From Protoeuglena noctilucae (taxonomy: Eukaryota), in assembly GCA_958009085.1 (NCBI GenBank), contig OY253675.1, positions 620,001-684,000 of the forward strand: 64,000 nt of DNA, read 5' to 3'. The notes below the pieces were generated by a model that saw only the letters and a program-made list of their open reading frames with translations, was not told the DNA's origin and did no database searches. Position numbers and translations under genes: made by a program. Every line of letters starts with the position of its first letter. Position 1 is the stretch's first letter. Positions 40,829 through 57,580 of the stretch are shown piece by piece.

Positions 40829-41331
40829 GGGGGTGCGGGAGCAGTACACGTGCCTTGTGCCTTGCCACAATAAGTAACCTCTAGGGGTCTGGGGGTGTCA
40901 GCTGCCCTGGGGGTGTAGACACCTCTGTGAGAGGGGTGTCTTTTACTCATAGCACTTAGTCATGGCACGTCTCGCCTGTCGAATTAGTTCTCATTATTGA
41001 AGATCGGCGTGGCAGTACTACAACAGATAAAGGATACTGCACGCGGTCAGAGCCAAGCGCCAGGCACTGTGCCCTGAAGAGAGTCGGGCCCGGCAACGCG
41101 GCTATGCATGCGCGTCTCATCGGCACGTGCGCCTCTCATCTGCGCTTCTGAGCTAGCCCGCGGCGTCAAAAATCCGCCGTGCTGCGCGGGGGCGAGCGCA
41201 GTGGGGATAGGGAGTTACGCAAGCAGGGTCGCACGGGTGGTGCAGGCACAGTGGCATCGTCACACTGCCCAGCAACCGTGTCATGCGGCCATCACTCCGA
41301 CCAAGGCACCACCCGCCTTCCTCTCTCATCG

Positions 41332-42411
41332 TCATGCGGTGGGCGGCTGGGGCGGTGGCGGCACTTGCGGGACCTGGTGCGACGGCTTGGGCTGCCCCGT
41401 GATAATGTCGAACTCGACGCTGTGCATCTTGCGGTACAGGTTGTCGCTCCTGCGTGCCGCACGGTGCCGCACCTTGTCGTCCTCGTAACGCTTCCACGCA
41501 CCCTGCGACAAGGACGAGGCTGTTACATAAGAGTTGCTGTATCAGAGTTAGGGAGTGCGCAGCGTGGTTGACGTGTGCATCCATGCATGTCGTACTCCTG
41601 GTTTATTGAATGAGCCCACGCCAGCGTCCACGACCCTCTCCAGTCCAACCCAATGCCCTCCCCTCACCTCGGGAGTCTGCAGGTACTGCAGGGTGATGGG
41701 GTTGACGGGGATGGAGTTCTTGTTGGTGTTGGCGGCCGGGCGCGACTGCAGCTCCCGCAGCCACTCCTGCTCCTTGCTAAACTCCTTCTCCATCCGCTCC
41801 CACCGACGCGTCTCCCTGCAGCAGAGCAAAGCGTAGAATACGTCAAAGCAAGGAGCATAATAGGGTAACAGCACGTCATAAGTAGCCCGTGTCGAACATG
41901 TGCACAGTCCACGAAATGGCTGTATTGTCTCATTAGTCTCATTCCTTCCTATCCCAAAAGTCACCTCATCTCGTTCCTCTCCGCCTTGTGCGTCAGCTTG
42001 GCGTCGTACTTGTTAAGCTTCTGCTCTCTCCGCGACCGCTCCTCCGCCACAAAGTCCCCATGGAAGCGCTCCTTGTTCGTCGCGAAGAGCGGAGTGCCCT
42101 CCGCGGGTCGGACAGGGTTCTGCGCGCGAAGCCCCCATCGGCTGAGTGAGCAGACAGCTGCACAGCGTGCATGTGGGCGCTGCAGTGGATCGGCTGCGTG
42201 ACGTGAGGTGCGCGGGGCGGGTGGAATGAGGCGAGATGTATCAGGCGGACTGCACGGGAGGTGCAGGGCGGACAGGGGCGCAAAAACCACGCGCAGGGCG
42301 GCGAGGGATGCCATGCGTGACGCAACGTCTCACCTCCACGACCTCGTTGCGCACGAACCCAAAGTCCCGCGCCGCCAGTCGCTGCTTCTCCAGAGCGTCT
42401 TTGTTAGTCAT
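41332..42411 (-). CDS. Small conserved-looking protein, probably ciliary/flagellar (microtubule inner protein-like)
   Basis: Four exons: MTNKDALEKQRLAARDFGFVRNEVVE|NPVRPAEG...|ETRRWERMEKE...NPITLQYLQTPE|GAWKRYEDDKVRHRAARRSDNLYRKMHSVEFDIITG. The NPITL and FDIITG motifs resemble ciliary MIP motifs (inference). Confidence 0.6.
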
Positions 42412-43697
42412 CACTCGCCGGCCGGACCACGAGCGGTGCCGGCTCTCGGAGGACTCGTCCCGGAATATGCCCGGGCACCGTCCTCACCCAGCCCGCGGGT
42501 GCGGACCTGCGGGACGCGAGCGCAGACTGTGCATCTGACGGAATCTCCTGGCAGCGGGGGCGGAGGGAAACAAGCGCGGCGCTCGCGTCGCACCTCACGC
42601 GTCGCCGCACCGCCCCGCGAGAACAGACGCCGGGCACGGCGCTGTGTCGCCACGCCGGAACGCTTCTACCGTACGCGACTCTGCCAGACGCCCGCGAGGC
42701 AATGCAGTCGTTCCGCGACGGGAACTGCGGGTCAACGATAACAACACTGTTCCAGCCGCGGCGCGAGAGGTCAACTGGCCGAACCGCTGGGCTCCAGCCA
42801 TCAAAACATATCGACTCGCGCCGGATACGGGCCGTGCACGTGCCGGCAAGGGCGATGGCGCGGCCAGGGCGCAGAGCCAGGTATGGTGCATGCGCGCCCA
42901 ATCTGTGTCCGCGCGCGGCGAGGGCCCCACGGCGGGGCCAGTGTGGCAAAGAACTACGGACCCCCAGCTGAGCGACGGGCTTCCGCGGGCCCCGCGCCCA
43001 CGCAGTCCTGCTCACACCGGTCCGCCATGTCAGGCGCGAAAGAGCACAGAGACGAGACAGCAGTCGCATCATGCATTGCACCCCTCACCTCAGATGTGAT
43101 GTATACCAGCAGAAGCGCACAAGAGACCGGGAAAACAAACCAGCGGTGCTAGCTACACCTTTTGAGGTCCGTCACAAGCGCGGTTGGGGATGTGCCACTT
43201 ACCGTCTGAGAAATGACGCTTGCTGCACGATAGGGGCTTGCGGGAGCCTTCCGCTGTTGCCAGTTCCCATGCCAGTCGCACGCGCGAGGGTCCGTCACCG
43301 CAGCCCTGTGTGCTCGAGTCGCAAAATTGCATCGCGAGTGATCTTGGGCGCGCATTGTCACGACTGACGAGGCAGACTGACGCTTTCGCCGACTCCTCGG
43401 GCGGCGGAGTGGTTCGTGAGTGACGGCGATGCCCGCGCAGCCCCAGCATCGACATTGAACCGGAGAAGCCACGAAGCGGGACATTGTTCGCTCTGTTATC
43501 GCCTCGTGTGACCTCCTTCCCTGTCGCCTGCGCAGAGTCGCGCTCCCGGGGCTGTTGTTGGATCTCGCTCCTTGTCCGCCCTCTGAGCGCAGGACGGCGC
43601 GCTTCAGTCCTCCGCGAAGGAATCCACAGTACTGGACCGTGCAGCACGACATCGCGCACCTCGAGCGCGTGCCGGACCCTCGCCGCGCGCCAGCACC

Positions 43698-46754
<3,057 letters not shown>

Positions 46755-46965
46755 TGTGATGCTCTAGTGCGGTGCGATGAGCGCACGCCTGCGGGTGTAG
46801 TGAAAATTCGCGTGAATTGACGGAACTGGCAAACGCGCGTCTGTCGCGCTGGACGCACCGATGAAGAGGCGTGCAGCGGCTGCTGTATTTGGACAAGAAG
46901 GCGTGGAAAACACCACCGTCGACCCGGGGTGCAACTCCGGGCTCCGGATTGGCGCCGGGGCTGCA

Positions 46966-49210
46966 ATGGGCGCGGCACGATGGCGCGGCGTGCTGCTCGC
47001 GGGCGCGCTGCTCGCGGCGGTTGCGACGATGGCCGCGGGTCGTGGGTCGCGAGACATGGCCATCCCGCCGCACGGGAGGCGCACGCTGCTGCTGACGGAG
47101 TTATTCGAGGACTCGCTCGCTTTTGATGGTTTGACGCGTGCGCTGGGGTCTCTGGGCCACAAGGTGGAAATCAAGGCACGGAAAGAGATCAAGTGGGAGG
47201 ATCCCGTGCTGATGGACGGGTCCAGGTGCGGGGCGCGGGCGAATCGCGCGCGCGGGCGACGCTGCAGTGCGCACAGGGAGTCGGTGCTGCGACGCGCCGA
47301 CCTCCGTGGCGATCTCGATGTGCGAGGCATGCATCGATAGCTATACGCGTTCTTCTCTCACCCGCAGGCGCCTGTACGACAACGTGGTTCTCCTGGGGCC
47401 CTGGGGCGATCTGGACCCCGACAGCGAAGACCCTGGGGCCCGCAAGCCGGTGACGCCGGCCTCCCCGGCTGCAGTTGCGGCTCTGCTATTTGCAGCCATT
47501 CAGTATCACAACATTTCGCGTCTCCGTGCGTCCCGCAGTGGCCGAGATCGCAGGCGGAGGTGATGGGACCATCCCCGACAGAGGTCGGCGATTTCTTCGA
47601 CGCGGGCGGCAACGTGTTCTTAACTGCGCACCCAAACGACGGCGATTTCGATGACCAGGTGCTGGCGCTGTTCGGGGCGTCGCTGCGCAAGGGCGTCGTG
47701 GAGGATTCGCGCAGCAACGTTGAGACGCTCTTCGACCACCAACTCAACATCCCCGTCACCACCCAGGTGCGGCCGATGCGCAGAGCTTTTGCGCTTATGA
47801 CGCGCTATCGATGCGCCACCTGTTCAGCCCCTCCGCCCGGCCTTTCCCCGAAGAACACGGACGTTGCATGGTTCGCTGCATCGAAGTCTTTCCATGCCAT
47901 GCCCTGACGTGCCCTGACGCCATGGATGTCCCATCGCCCTTCACACTCTTCTCAGTCATCCTCTTTACAGACGTGCATCCATATTCACTCCCCCCTTGTG
48001 CAGGTGGCGCCCTTCCTTGGTTGGTGCCCGGAGGCAAGCAAGCGCGGCACTCCACGCCCGGACAACTGCTACGTTCTCTACGACGGGGGGGCGTTTGCGC
48101 CGGGGTCAGGGGGCGCTGAGTACCCCCTGCTGCCGCTGGTGTGGGGAGAGGACAGCGCGGGGCTGACGGGCGGTGGGAAGGGCGAGGCGGGGGTGAAGGG
48201 GCGGGACGTGGTGCTGGCCGCCGGGTTCCAGGGCCGCCACAACGCCCGGGCTGTGTTTCTGGCGTCTTACACGGCCGTGTCTGATGCGGGGTTCTTCACG
48301 AGGAGGGGCAACGGGCCGCTGATGGAGGTGAGGGGTCACAGCCAGACGAGCGATGGGGACGCGCACAGAGCACGATATGCCATGTGACTGCCAATGACAT
48401 AAGCCAGGCTCAGAGGCATGGGAGTGATGTGCAGCGTCAGGTATATGGCTCGTTTCCCATCCTTTTCTCCCTCTGCCGATCCTTGGCATGCACTCCACGC
48501 AACTGATGCGTCCCTCCCGCTCCCTGCAGGCCTTGCTGCAGTGGGCGTTCAACGACAGCGGGCAGCTGCGGGTGGCCCAGTGGTCGCACCGCGTGCTGGA
48601 GCGGCCGGGGCTGACTGGCTACCGTCCCGAGTTCAATCCCCGGGAGTACCGGGTGGGGGACCGCGTCCGATTGGAGGTGGCCCTGGAGACGCGGGCGGGG
48701 GCGGGGGCGGCGTGGGTGCCGTACAATGGAGCAGTCGCGGAGGTGGCCTTCAGCATGATGAGTGAGTGGGGGCGGGGGACCGGGGGGCAGGGCTAAGATA
48801 GGGCGATGGTGGCGTGATCAGTGGGGGTGACGTAGGGGCAGTGCTGATGGTGGCATGTCCCTCTTTTCGCCACAGACCCGTATGTGGAGGGCCGGATGGC
48901 GTCGGAGGGCAATGGGCTTCACTCGTTCGAATTTTGGGTGCCCGAGCGCCACGGCATCTTCCGCTACCAAGTCAAGGTGGACGTCCCGGGCATGAGCCTG
49001 GTGCACGTGGAGCGCGACGTGACGGTGCGGCCGGTGAGGACGGACGAGATGCCGCGGTTCGCGGTCTCCGCGATCCCCTACTTCGCATCCACGCTGGCGA
49101 TGCTGGCCACGTCCGGGGCGCTCGCATTCACGCTGCTGCGGAAGGGCGATGACGATGGGGCCGAGGGCGACGGGGCGCAACGAGTGACGAAGGAGAAGAA
49201 GAAGGATTAG
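46966..49210 (+). CDS. OST48: Oligosaccharyltransferase 48 kDa subunit (OST48/WBP1/DDOST)-like
   Basis: Signal peptide, LYDNVVLLGP, FFDAGGNVF, LAAGFQGRHNARAVF, FWVPERHGIFRYQV, VTVRPVRTDEMPRFAVSAIPYFAS, a C-terminal TM segment and a terminal KKKD ER-retrieval motif. Confidence 0.85.
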
Positions 49211-49501
49211 GGCACAGAGACTTAGCTGTCGTTTGTTTGACTGGCCACGCCCCTCACACTTCTCCCAGGCTTCTAGATGGGGTGTTTGTGTCTCCGGATT
49301 GCCGAGACGCATGGTGGCGCGGGTGGCATCTCGTAGGCTGCTGTTGGGGCTTTGAATGCCGCGGTGGGAACGACAGGGTTGCCCTGGCGCGTTTGTCTGG
49401 CGCCTGCTCGCACCTCATGGTGCCGGTCGCCAGCTCAGACCTCGCCACTTTGTCGCGTGTGGGAGGAGGAGGAGGTGTGAGACCGTCAGCTGCGATCGAG
49501 G

Positions 49502-52500
49502 ATGGCAGCAAAGGCAGCGATCCGCGCCATCGGGGCGCTTTCGCTCTCAGGTCCGTGCGCGCTCGCCAGGCGCCATCCGCCGCGCAGGCCGCACACAAGC
49601 AGACGAACACCTTTTTTCTGCGCCCTGTCCGCAGCCTTCGGCAGCGGAGCGTACTTGTACAACACTGATGAGGGCGCGCAAAGGCAAGGGGCTGCCACCG
49701 CGCGCAGCCAGGGGATCCTGGGCGCGAGCTGACTCTGTAACCTTTCGCTTCGCGTTCAGGATGATTCAGATGTACGGCGCCTTCGCTCCCGTGGTGCTCC
49801 ATTACCGTCTTCTTGAGGCGAAGCAGGACCGGCTGGGTATCAAGCCGGCTTCCAAGGTGCGGTACGCCGCCGATGCCTCGCTTCAATGCACCAAACTGTC
49901 ATTTGAATACATACGCACTTGACACCACGCTCGCTCCGCAGGAGGAGGCGGACGCGGAGTGGGAGGACCTGCACGAGCGCTGGTCGCCGCACGTGCTCGA
50001 GTCGATGCGCAAACTGCAGGGATTCTACATCAAGGTCGGCCAGGTCCTCGCAGGTCGCACCGACACGCTTCCGCCGCAATATACGGACAAGCTGCGCACG
50101 CTCGAGGACGCCTGTCCTCCTCGACCCCTCGAGGGTGCGTTGTTGGACGCGCAGTGAGCCGCGCCCGGCCACAGTCGCCCGTCCGCAGCTTCATTATCGC
50201 GACATCTTCCCCCTCCGCAGAAATCCGCGGCATCGTGGAGTCGTCGCTGGGCGTCTCGATGGACGCGGTGTTTAGCGAATTCGACGAGAAGCCCCTGGGC
50301 GTGGCGAGCATCGGCCAAGTGCACAAGGCGCGGCTGCGTGAGGGGGGCCAGGTGGTGGCCGTCAAGGTCCAAGACCCGAAGGCGAGGGAACGCGGATGGA
50401 TGCACAATTAGCTCGATCAACACGAATGGTCATAGGCCGCTACCAATGCTACCCACATCGCCTTGCTGCAGGCAGAGCGGCTCTTCCGATCGGACATTCG
50501 CACGGCGCGGGGGTTCTGCACGCTCCTCGCGCCAGAGCAGGTGCGGGCGGGCCCTCGCTCACACAACGCTGTCGCTGCACCCGACCAGATCGTATGCCTC
50601 ATGCAGCTCAGGCCCATTCACTGCGCGAGCACTCGACTCCCCGCCCCGCGACCCGCAGTTGATTATCTTCGACGAGATCGAGCGCCAGTTTCTGACGGAG
50701 TTTGACTATCGGCTAGAGGCAGAGCAGGTCGCAACGGTTAACCGCAACATGCGGCCCTTCTCGCGACAGGTGGCCGTGCCCAGGGCTTACCCCCAGTACT
50801 GCTCCAAGGTGAGGGCATGACTAGCTCACCCGCAGTGGTACTGCTTTTAAGATGAGTGACACCACCAACGCTGTGCTGTGGTTCGACTGCCTGTGCACTT
50901 TACCCGTTCCCTCTGTGCCACAGCCCTGGCCACCTCCCCTTACTCCCCCAAATGTGCTGCATGGGAGGACACACACAATGACCGCCTCCCCTCCCCTCAA
51001 CCCCCCAGGACGTGCTCGTGATGGACTATCTCCCGGGTCGCAAGCTTTATGATGTGGTGCAGGAGGAAGGGACCAAGTATGCGGCCAGGCAGGGCAAGAC
51101 ATTCGCGCAGCTGCAGAAGGAGGTGAGGGGGATGAGGGGTGGTGCAGTGGCTGAGAACAGAGGTGATGGGGTGCAGTGGCTGAGGACAGAGGTGCAGGGG
51201 TGGTGCAGTGGCTGAGGACAGAGGTGCAGGGGGTACAGTGGCTGAGAACAGAGGGGCTGGACAGAGAGGTGCAGTGCTTATGGCAGAGGCATGTCGAGGA
51301 GTGCAGTGGTGTGGGGGGTGCCATGGGTCACAGCAGCATCGTAGCGTTGGCAGTGGTGACGCTTTCGCACCAAGCTCTCTCTGTTCCTGCAGATGCACGA
51401 GAAGATCAAGAGAGAGGGCCTCCCGCCGCCTTACAAGGGCCCGGGCGCCTTCCAAATCGAAATGTACCGAAGGTGACATGTTGATTACATGGAGAGGTCT
51501 GAGTAGCCGAAGTATGACTATGGCTAGTTACATAGCACGCAACTATGGCTAGTTGTGTAGCCATAGTAAGGGTAAGGGTACCAGCCAATGCTCCTCTTCA
51601 TCTTCCACTTCCCTCGCAGGTTCCTGGCATCTCGCGACTTCGTGCTCAATGTGCCACTCCGTGCCGTCAACGCGGTGGCGTGGGTGCTGCGCCTGCCGCC
51701 CCTGCCGCTGTGGCGCACGGACATCCCGCCCAACTCCGCACGCATCATGGACGTTCTCATGAAAGTCATGGGACACCAGGTGAGGAGTGAGGATGTGAGT
51801 GGGAGGGAGGGTGTGATTGGATGTGCTCATGAAGGTCATGGGGCACCAGGTGAGGTGTGAGGGCGTGAGTGGTGCCCCAATGACTATGTGCAAGCACCCT
51901 AAGGACTGTGTATGAACACTCTGTATATGCAAAACGTGCTCCCCTTGTCATATATTCCAGATCCTGGTCGACGGTTTCTTCAACGCGGACCCCCACGCGG
52001 GCAACTTCCTCCTGATGCCCGACGGCCGCGTCGGCTTGATCGACTTTGGGCAGATCAAGAGGCTGACGGAGTACGAGAGGTATCAACTGGCCAAGATCCT
52101 GCGGTGCCTCATGCGGGGGGACAAGCAGGAGCTCAAGGCACTGGCGCTCAGGTGACGGGTGGTGAGAAGTGGGGTGGGGAGGGGAGTGGTGGTGAGGAGG
52201 CAGCATCCCCTTCACTCCCCGTCACACCGCAGCCACGGCTACCAGTTGCGTAACTTGGGCTATGCAGTCACTTAACTCACGACCCACTCGTCACCCCTCG
52301 CAGCCACGGCTACCAGTCAAAGTACCTAGACGCCGACGTCATTTGGAACATGACGCGCTTCGGCCTCGACCAGGACGGCCCAGAGGTGACCGGGGGTCTC
52401 AATGTGCAGCAATTCATGGACCAGCAGTTCCGGAAGGACCCGTGGAGCAAGACGGACGACCTGGTCATCATGCCGGTCAGGTGATGGGTGCTGTGATGAT

Positions 52501-52782
52501 CAACCTAAGATGACTGTTGCGATGATCTCATGGTGGTGAAAGTGACGATGGATTGGGCTGCATACGGTGGCTCTCGCCTTCGCACCCTCATCCTCGCCCC
52601 CACTCCCCTCTCGCAGGGTGAGCTTCATGCTGCGAGGCGTGGGCCTGTCCCTGGGTCACCCCGTGAGCTCCCTGCACTACTGGGGCCCCCTGGCACTCCA
52701 AGTGATCAGCGACTACGAACGGCGCCACCCTGACCACCAAGGGCAGAGCGCGGGGCCAAAGACGCAAACACAGAAAAGCTGA
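49502..52782 (+). CDS. ABC1/UbiB (ADCK) atypical kinase
   Basis: GFYIKVGQVL, LRTLED, PLGVASIGQVHKA, VAVKVQ, EFDYRLEA, VLVMDYLPG, FFNADPHAGNFL and LIDFGQ. Confidence 0.93.
51141..51255. repeat. Intronic minisatellite, about 4 copies of a ~29-32 bp unit (gtgcagtggctgag[a/g]acagaggtg...)
   Basis: Seen directly inside an ABC1-kinase intron. Confidence 0.9.
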
Positions 52783-53389
52783 GGCGGTTTGGTCTACGGG
52801 TGGTACGTAGACGCAGCACGTAGCACGTAGCTTGCAGGCCCCTTCCTACAGGACACATGGGCATGTGTCATACGCGCACCAAGCACTTGGAGCATAACAC
52901 GATCCATCGTTTGCGTATGTTTGAGCGTGCGAGTGGATGGTCCAGCAAGGCTCCTCGCCGCTCCTGTATTCTCGCGTGCCTTTTTCAGCTCCGTCGCGAT
53001 CCCCGGCTGTCTGGCCGCCCCCATGCCACCCGCGCTTGCATGCTATGAACCGTGTGTTGCGTTCTGCACTGTCGCTTGCGTGTCCTGGTTGAGAGTGCAC
53101 CGTAGTCGCTTGCGTTCAACTGATGTGCCACCCAGGGCCGCCGCCAATGTGCTCAATCGTGCGCCGCTCGCGCACGGCAGCCGATGGGGACAGACATGCA
53201 TGCTCCACCTACGCAAAACGTCACGCCGCACGCACCGACGGTGCCACGCAGCGATGAAGCAACAACCAGTCATGTGTCGTGTCTGATCTCGCATGCGCTG
53301 ACTGCAAATCGTGCCAAGATGACAAGTCCCAAGCCGGGCCTCCCCCAACTCATCAGACCACACCCGCACCCAGCCCCACACAGAGGCCC

Positions 53390-54352
53390 TCACATGCGCG
53401 TCCTGCGCCCCTGGGGCCCCATTCTCGCGTCATTGGGCACCGTGATCTTCAGATTGTTCGGGGCCTTGGCCCTCTTCATCCCCGCGGGCGCCGACGCGGC
53501 CCTCCCATACCCCGCCCCGTTGCCGTACGCCATGGCCACCGGGTAAGCCCCCTGGGCCGCCGCCATCGGGCGGGCAGCCCTCGCCCGGCCGCCGTTCACC
53601 GCCACCACCGCCTGCCGCGGCGCGGGGCCCGCCCGGCGCTGCGTCTGCTGCGACCGCTGCAGCTGCGCCAACTGCGACCACAGGCACAAGAGACACGAGT
53701 CACATAACGGCCCACTCGCCGCTGTCCCCTCCGCCACGCACGCTGCCCCCGCCACCCCCCGCATCAGCCCAGCACTCCCCAGCGCTTTCCTATCTCTGCA
53801 CAAGCTTATCTCTCTCTCCCAACAGCCCCCGCACACTCACCTTGCTCTTCAGCTGCTCGTTCTCGTGCCGCAGCTTGTTGACCAGCTTGGCCGGGGTCGC
53901 CGCGGCCGGCCGCGCCTTGCCCGCGACGACCTTGACCTTGACGGGCACCGGGCGCGCCTTGCCGGCTTTACCCTTGACGCCCTTGACGGCCACAACCTTG
54001 CCCTTGCCCGGGGTCGCCACGCGCACGAGCTGCGGCGAGGGCGCGGGGCCGGGGGCGTGGAGAGGCTGACGTTCGAGTTCTATGCAAAATGAACAGCGTG
54101 ACTGCCGGCCGGGAGGCTCACCTTGGCCCCCTTGGCTGCCGCCTGCGCGGACTTGACCGCCCCGGCCTGGCCGCGCTTGGCCGCGACCTTCGCGGCGCGC
54201 CCGGCCTTGGCGCGCGTCTGCGCCGCGTCCGCCACGGCCTTCCCCTTCGCGGAGGCCTTGGTGGCCGCCTTGCGCGGCTCCTTGGCCTTCCTCTCCTGGG
54301 CAATGATGTCGTCGAGCGACATGCCCATCAAGTTCTCCACCTTGGTCGCCAT
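53390..54352 (-). CDS. Basic Lys/Ala/Gly/Arg-rich protein with an N-terminal UAP56-binding-motif-like sequence (ALY/REF/UIF-type mRNA export adaptor-like)
   Basis: MATKVENLMGMSLDDIIAQERK matches the L.MSLDDII motif; three GT-AG-joined exons; no RRM visible. Confidence 0.6.
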
Positions 54353-55101
54353 CTGGGGCCAAGCGGGGGTTATAGGGCGCAGTGAGTCATGAGCGTCCGG
54401 CAGACCCAGCAAGACGGGCAACGGAGCATGGCATGCGCGCGGAGGTGCCCCCAAACGCGGAAGCGCGCTTAAACGGTCGCGGGACGTTGCAGGCCGGGCG
54501 CGGACGAGGAGCGCTGGCGAACGCGCGCATTCCTAACGCCCTCGTCGACGCAACGCACGTCGCGCGGGGCCGGCAAGTGGGGGCCAGGGAGCGAAAACGC
54601 GACCTTGCCTCACCCCCGGTTCCAGGAGCGCCGGGACGCCATGCGCACGCTCGCGCCCCAAGGCCCAATTCAAATTGCAATAACTCAGCGTGGTCATCGC
54701 GGCGTCCCCGCGCGACGCGACCGGGGGGGAGCACGTTTGCCCAACATGGAGCGAGCGCAGCTCCCCGGGCCGTGGCTCTCCCCGCAGCAAGCATTCACCT
54801 TCAACCTGCGCCCTCGAGAGCGCGGGAAGGCCCGCGAGCTTGGTCGGTCCGCCCTGCGTTCGCGTGCTGGGAGGCCCAAAGCGAAGGTAGCGCACACGCT
54901 GCTTGTCCCACGTCGATGAGAATGCAGGAATTTGGGACGCGGGTGGTCTCAACGCTGAAGGCCTGACGTGGGGAGGGTTTCTGGAAGGCCCTCCCCTCCT
55001 CGGCCCGCCGCTCTTGGGCCGGCGGACGCGGCCCTGCGCACCCGAATATCAAACCTCAGGCACAGGCGTCGTTTGGTGGAGGATCTTCCAGCGGCTACAA
55101 A

Positions 55102-57457
55102 ATGGCAGCCCCTGTTGCAAGGCGAGTCGGCCCCGCCTCCCCCGGCGCTGGGCGGCCGTTCTCGGCCGGATGCCTGCGCCGTCATGTGCACGATCATTTC
55201 ATGGGAGCGGATGTGGCCCCGCGCCGGCTCAAGGGGCGGGACGCGCGCCTGACGGAAGGCCGGCCGTCCCCCCACCCATCCACACCGCCCGGCGCCGCGC
55301 AGGCCGTTCGGCACGCGAACGCTGGCTTGCCGGCGACGTGAATGTCTGAATCGCGCCCGCTGATGCCCCGTTTCGGCACTATACCGCCCGCTGCGGCTGC
55401 GAACGGCGCTTCTCTGGAACCTCCCAGCCCACGCCCCGCCGCCCCTCTCCGCGCGCCGCAGGGATGCCCAGCTCGCCGCGAGCTCCGCGCGGAGCTCGCT
55501 CGCGACCCGGAGCGGTAGGCGGTGCTCGACGGTGGCCCGCGCGGCCAAGGAGCTGCACTTCAACCAGAACGGCGAGGCGCTCAAGCGCATGCAGGCGGGC
55601 GTGGACAAGCTCGCCACGGTGGTGGGCGTGACGCTGGGTCCCAAGGGCCGCAATGTGGTCCTTGAGTCCAAGTTTGGCTCCCCCAAGATCGTGAACGACG
55701 GCGTGACGGTGGCCAAGGAGGTGCAGCTGGAGGACCCCGTGGAGAACCTGGGGGCCAAGCTGGTCATCCAGGCCGCGTCCAAGACGAACGACCTTGCGGG
55801 CGACGGCACCACGACGGCCACCATCCTGTCGGCGGGCCTCATCGCCGAGGGGATGAAGGTGGTGGCGGCGGGGGCCAACCCCATCCAGATCGTGCGGGGC
55901 ATCGAGAAGGCGAGGGGCCGGGCGCAGGGGTAGAGCTATTGCCGCGCGAGCAGCAGGGAGGCGGCGACGCGCTCATGAAAGCCGCGCCTGACGTGCTGAC
56001 TGTCGTGCTGGCCGTGTCGCGCAGACGGTCAAGGCGCTGGTGGAGGAGCTGCGGGAGCTGTCCCTGGAGGTCCGGGGCACGGAGGACATCAAGAACGTGG
56101 CGACGGTGTCTGCGGGCGGCAACGAGGCGATCGGGGAGCTCATCTCCCGTGCGATGGACAAGGTCGGGCGCAAGGGCGTGGTCACGATGGAGGAGAGCAA
56201 GACGGCCGAGGACAACCTGGTGTTTGTGGAGGGCATGCAGTTCGAGCGCGGCTACGTGTCGCCGTACTTCGTGACGGACCCCGAGCGCATGGTGTGCGAG
56301 TACGAGAACGCCCGGCTGCTCCTGGTCGACAAGAAGATCAGCACGGCCCGCGACATCATCGGGGTGCTCGAGGCGTCCATCCGGGGCAACTTCCCGCTGG
56401 TCGTCATGGCCGAGGACTTCGAGCAGGAGGCCCTTGCCACGATGGTGGTGAACAAGCTCCGGGGGTCGCTCAAGCTGGTGGCAATCAAGGCGCCCGGCTT
56501 CGGCGAGCGCAAGTCGCAGTACCTCGAGGACATCGCCATCCTCACGGGGGCTACGGTCGTCAAGGACGAGACGGGGGTCACGCTCGACAAGGCCGACGAG
56601 TCGGTGCTGGGCATCGCGGCCAAGGTCGAGGTCGGGAAGGAGAACTGCGTGATCGTCGGGGACGGCTCCACGCAGGAGGCGGTCGAGGCGCGCTGCAAGC
56701 AGATCCGCCGCCTCATCGAGGCCACCGAGGCGGAGGTGAGGCGGCGCGAATCGCCGGCCCTGCGCAACTATGCGCCTGGCCGCACGCCCTGCGCCCCTGG
56801 CTGCGCGGCCGCCCGGCGCGGCGGTGCAGCGCAGCGCGCGGCCCAGCACCTCTAATAGCAGGTGTGTATCAGATGACGGGAATATCTCGCCCCTTTCGCC
56901 CGCAGTACGAGAAGGAGAAGCTGAACGAGCGCATCGCTCGGCTGTCGGGTGGTGTGGCGATCGTGCAGGTGGGCGGGCAGACGGAGACGGAGATGAAGGA
57001 GAAGAAGTTCCGCGTGGAGGACGCGCTGTGCGCGACGCGGGCGGCGGTGGAGGAGGGCATCGTGATTGGGGGCGGGTGCACGCTGCTCAAGCTGGCGGCC
57101 AAGGTGGAGGACATCAAGAAGGACCTGAGCAACGAGGAGCAGGTGGTGGGCGCGGAGATCGTCAAGAAGGCGCTCCACTACCCGCTCCGCCTCATCGCCA
57201 ACAACGCCGGCGTCAACGGCTCAGTCGTCATGAGCAAGGTCATGGACGCCAAGGACCCCAACTTCGGCTTCAACGCCGCCACGGGCCGCTACGAGAACCT
57301 CATGGAGTCGGGCATCATCGACCCCACCAAGGTCATCCGCTGCTCCCTCGAGAACGCCGCCTCGGTGGCCAAGACGTTCCTCACGGCCGACGTGGTCGTC
57401 ACCCAGATCCCCGAGCCGCAGCCCGCCGCGGCTGGCGCCGGCGACATGGGCTACTAG
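55102..57457 (+). CDS. CPN60B: Plastid chaperonin 60 beta subunit
   Basis: Transit peptide [33 protein letters not shown], then AKELHFN...[47 protein letters not shown] and [21 protein letters not shown]; ends GDMGY*. Confidence 0.96.
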
Positions 57458-57580
57458 ACGCGCCTCCCCGTCCCGCTAGGAAGCAGCTCAGATGTCATGC
57501 AGTGGTGGTGTCGCACGCGGACCGGCCGAAGAGTTGAAGCTCGCGGCGGCATGCCAACCGAGTCGCGCGTTTCATCCAAG

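Noticed and set aside
51141..51255. CRISPR-like array
   Set aside because: The units are adjacent with no unique spacers, lie in a eukaryotic intron, and no cas genes are present; it is a minisatellite.
54949..56849. Long minus-strand ORFs (317 and 336 aa)
   Set aside because: Antisense to CPN60B, an expected artefact of high GC3.
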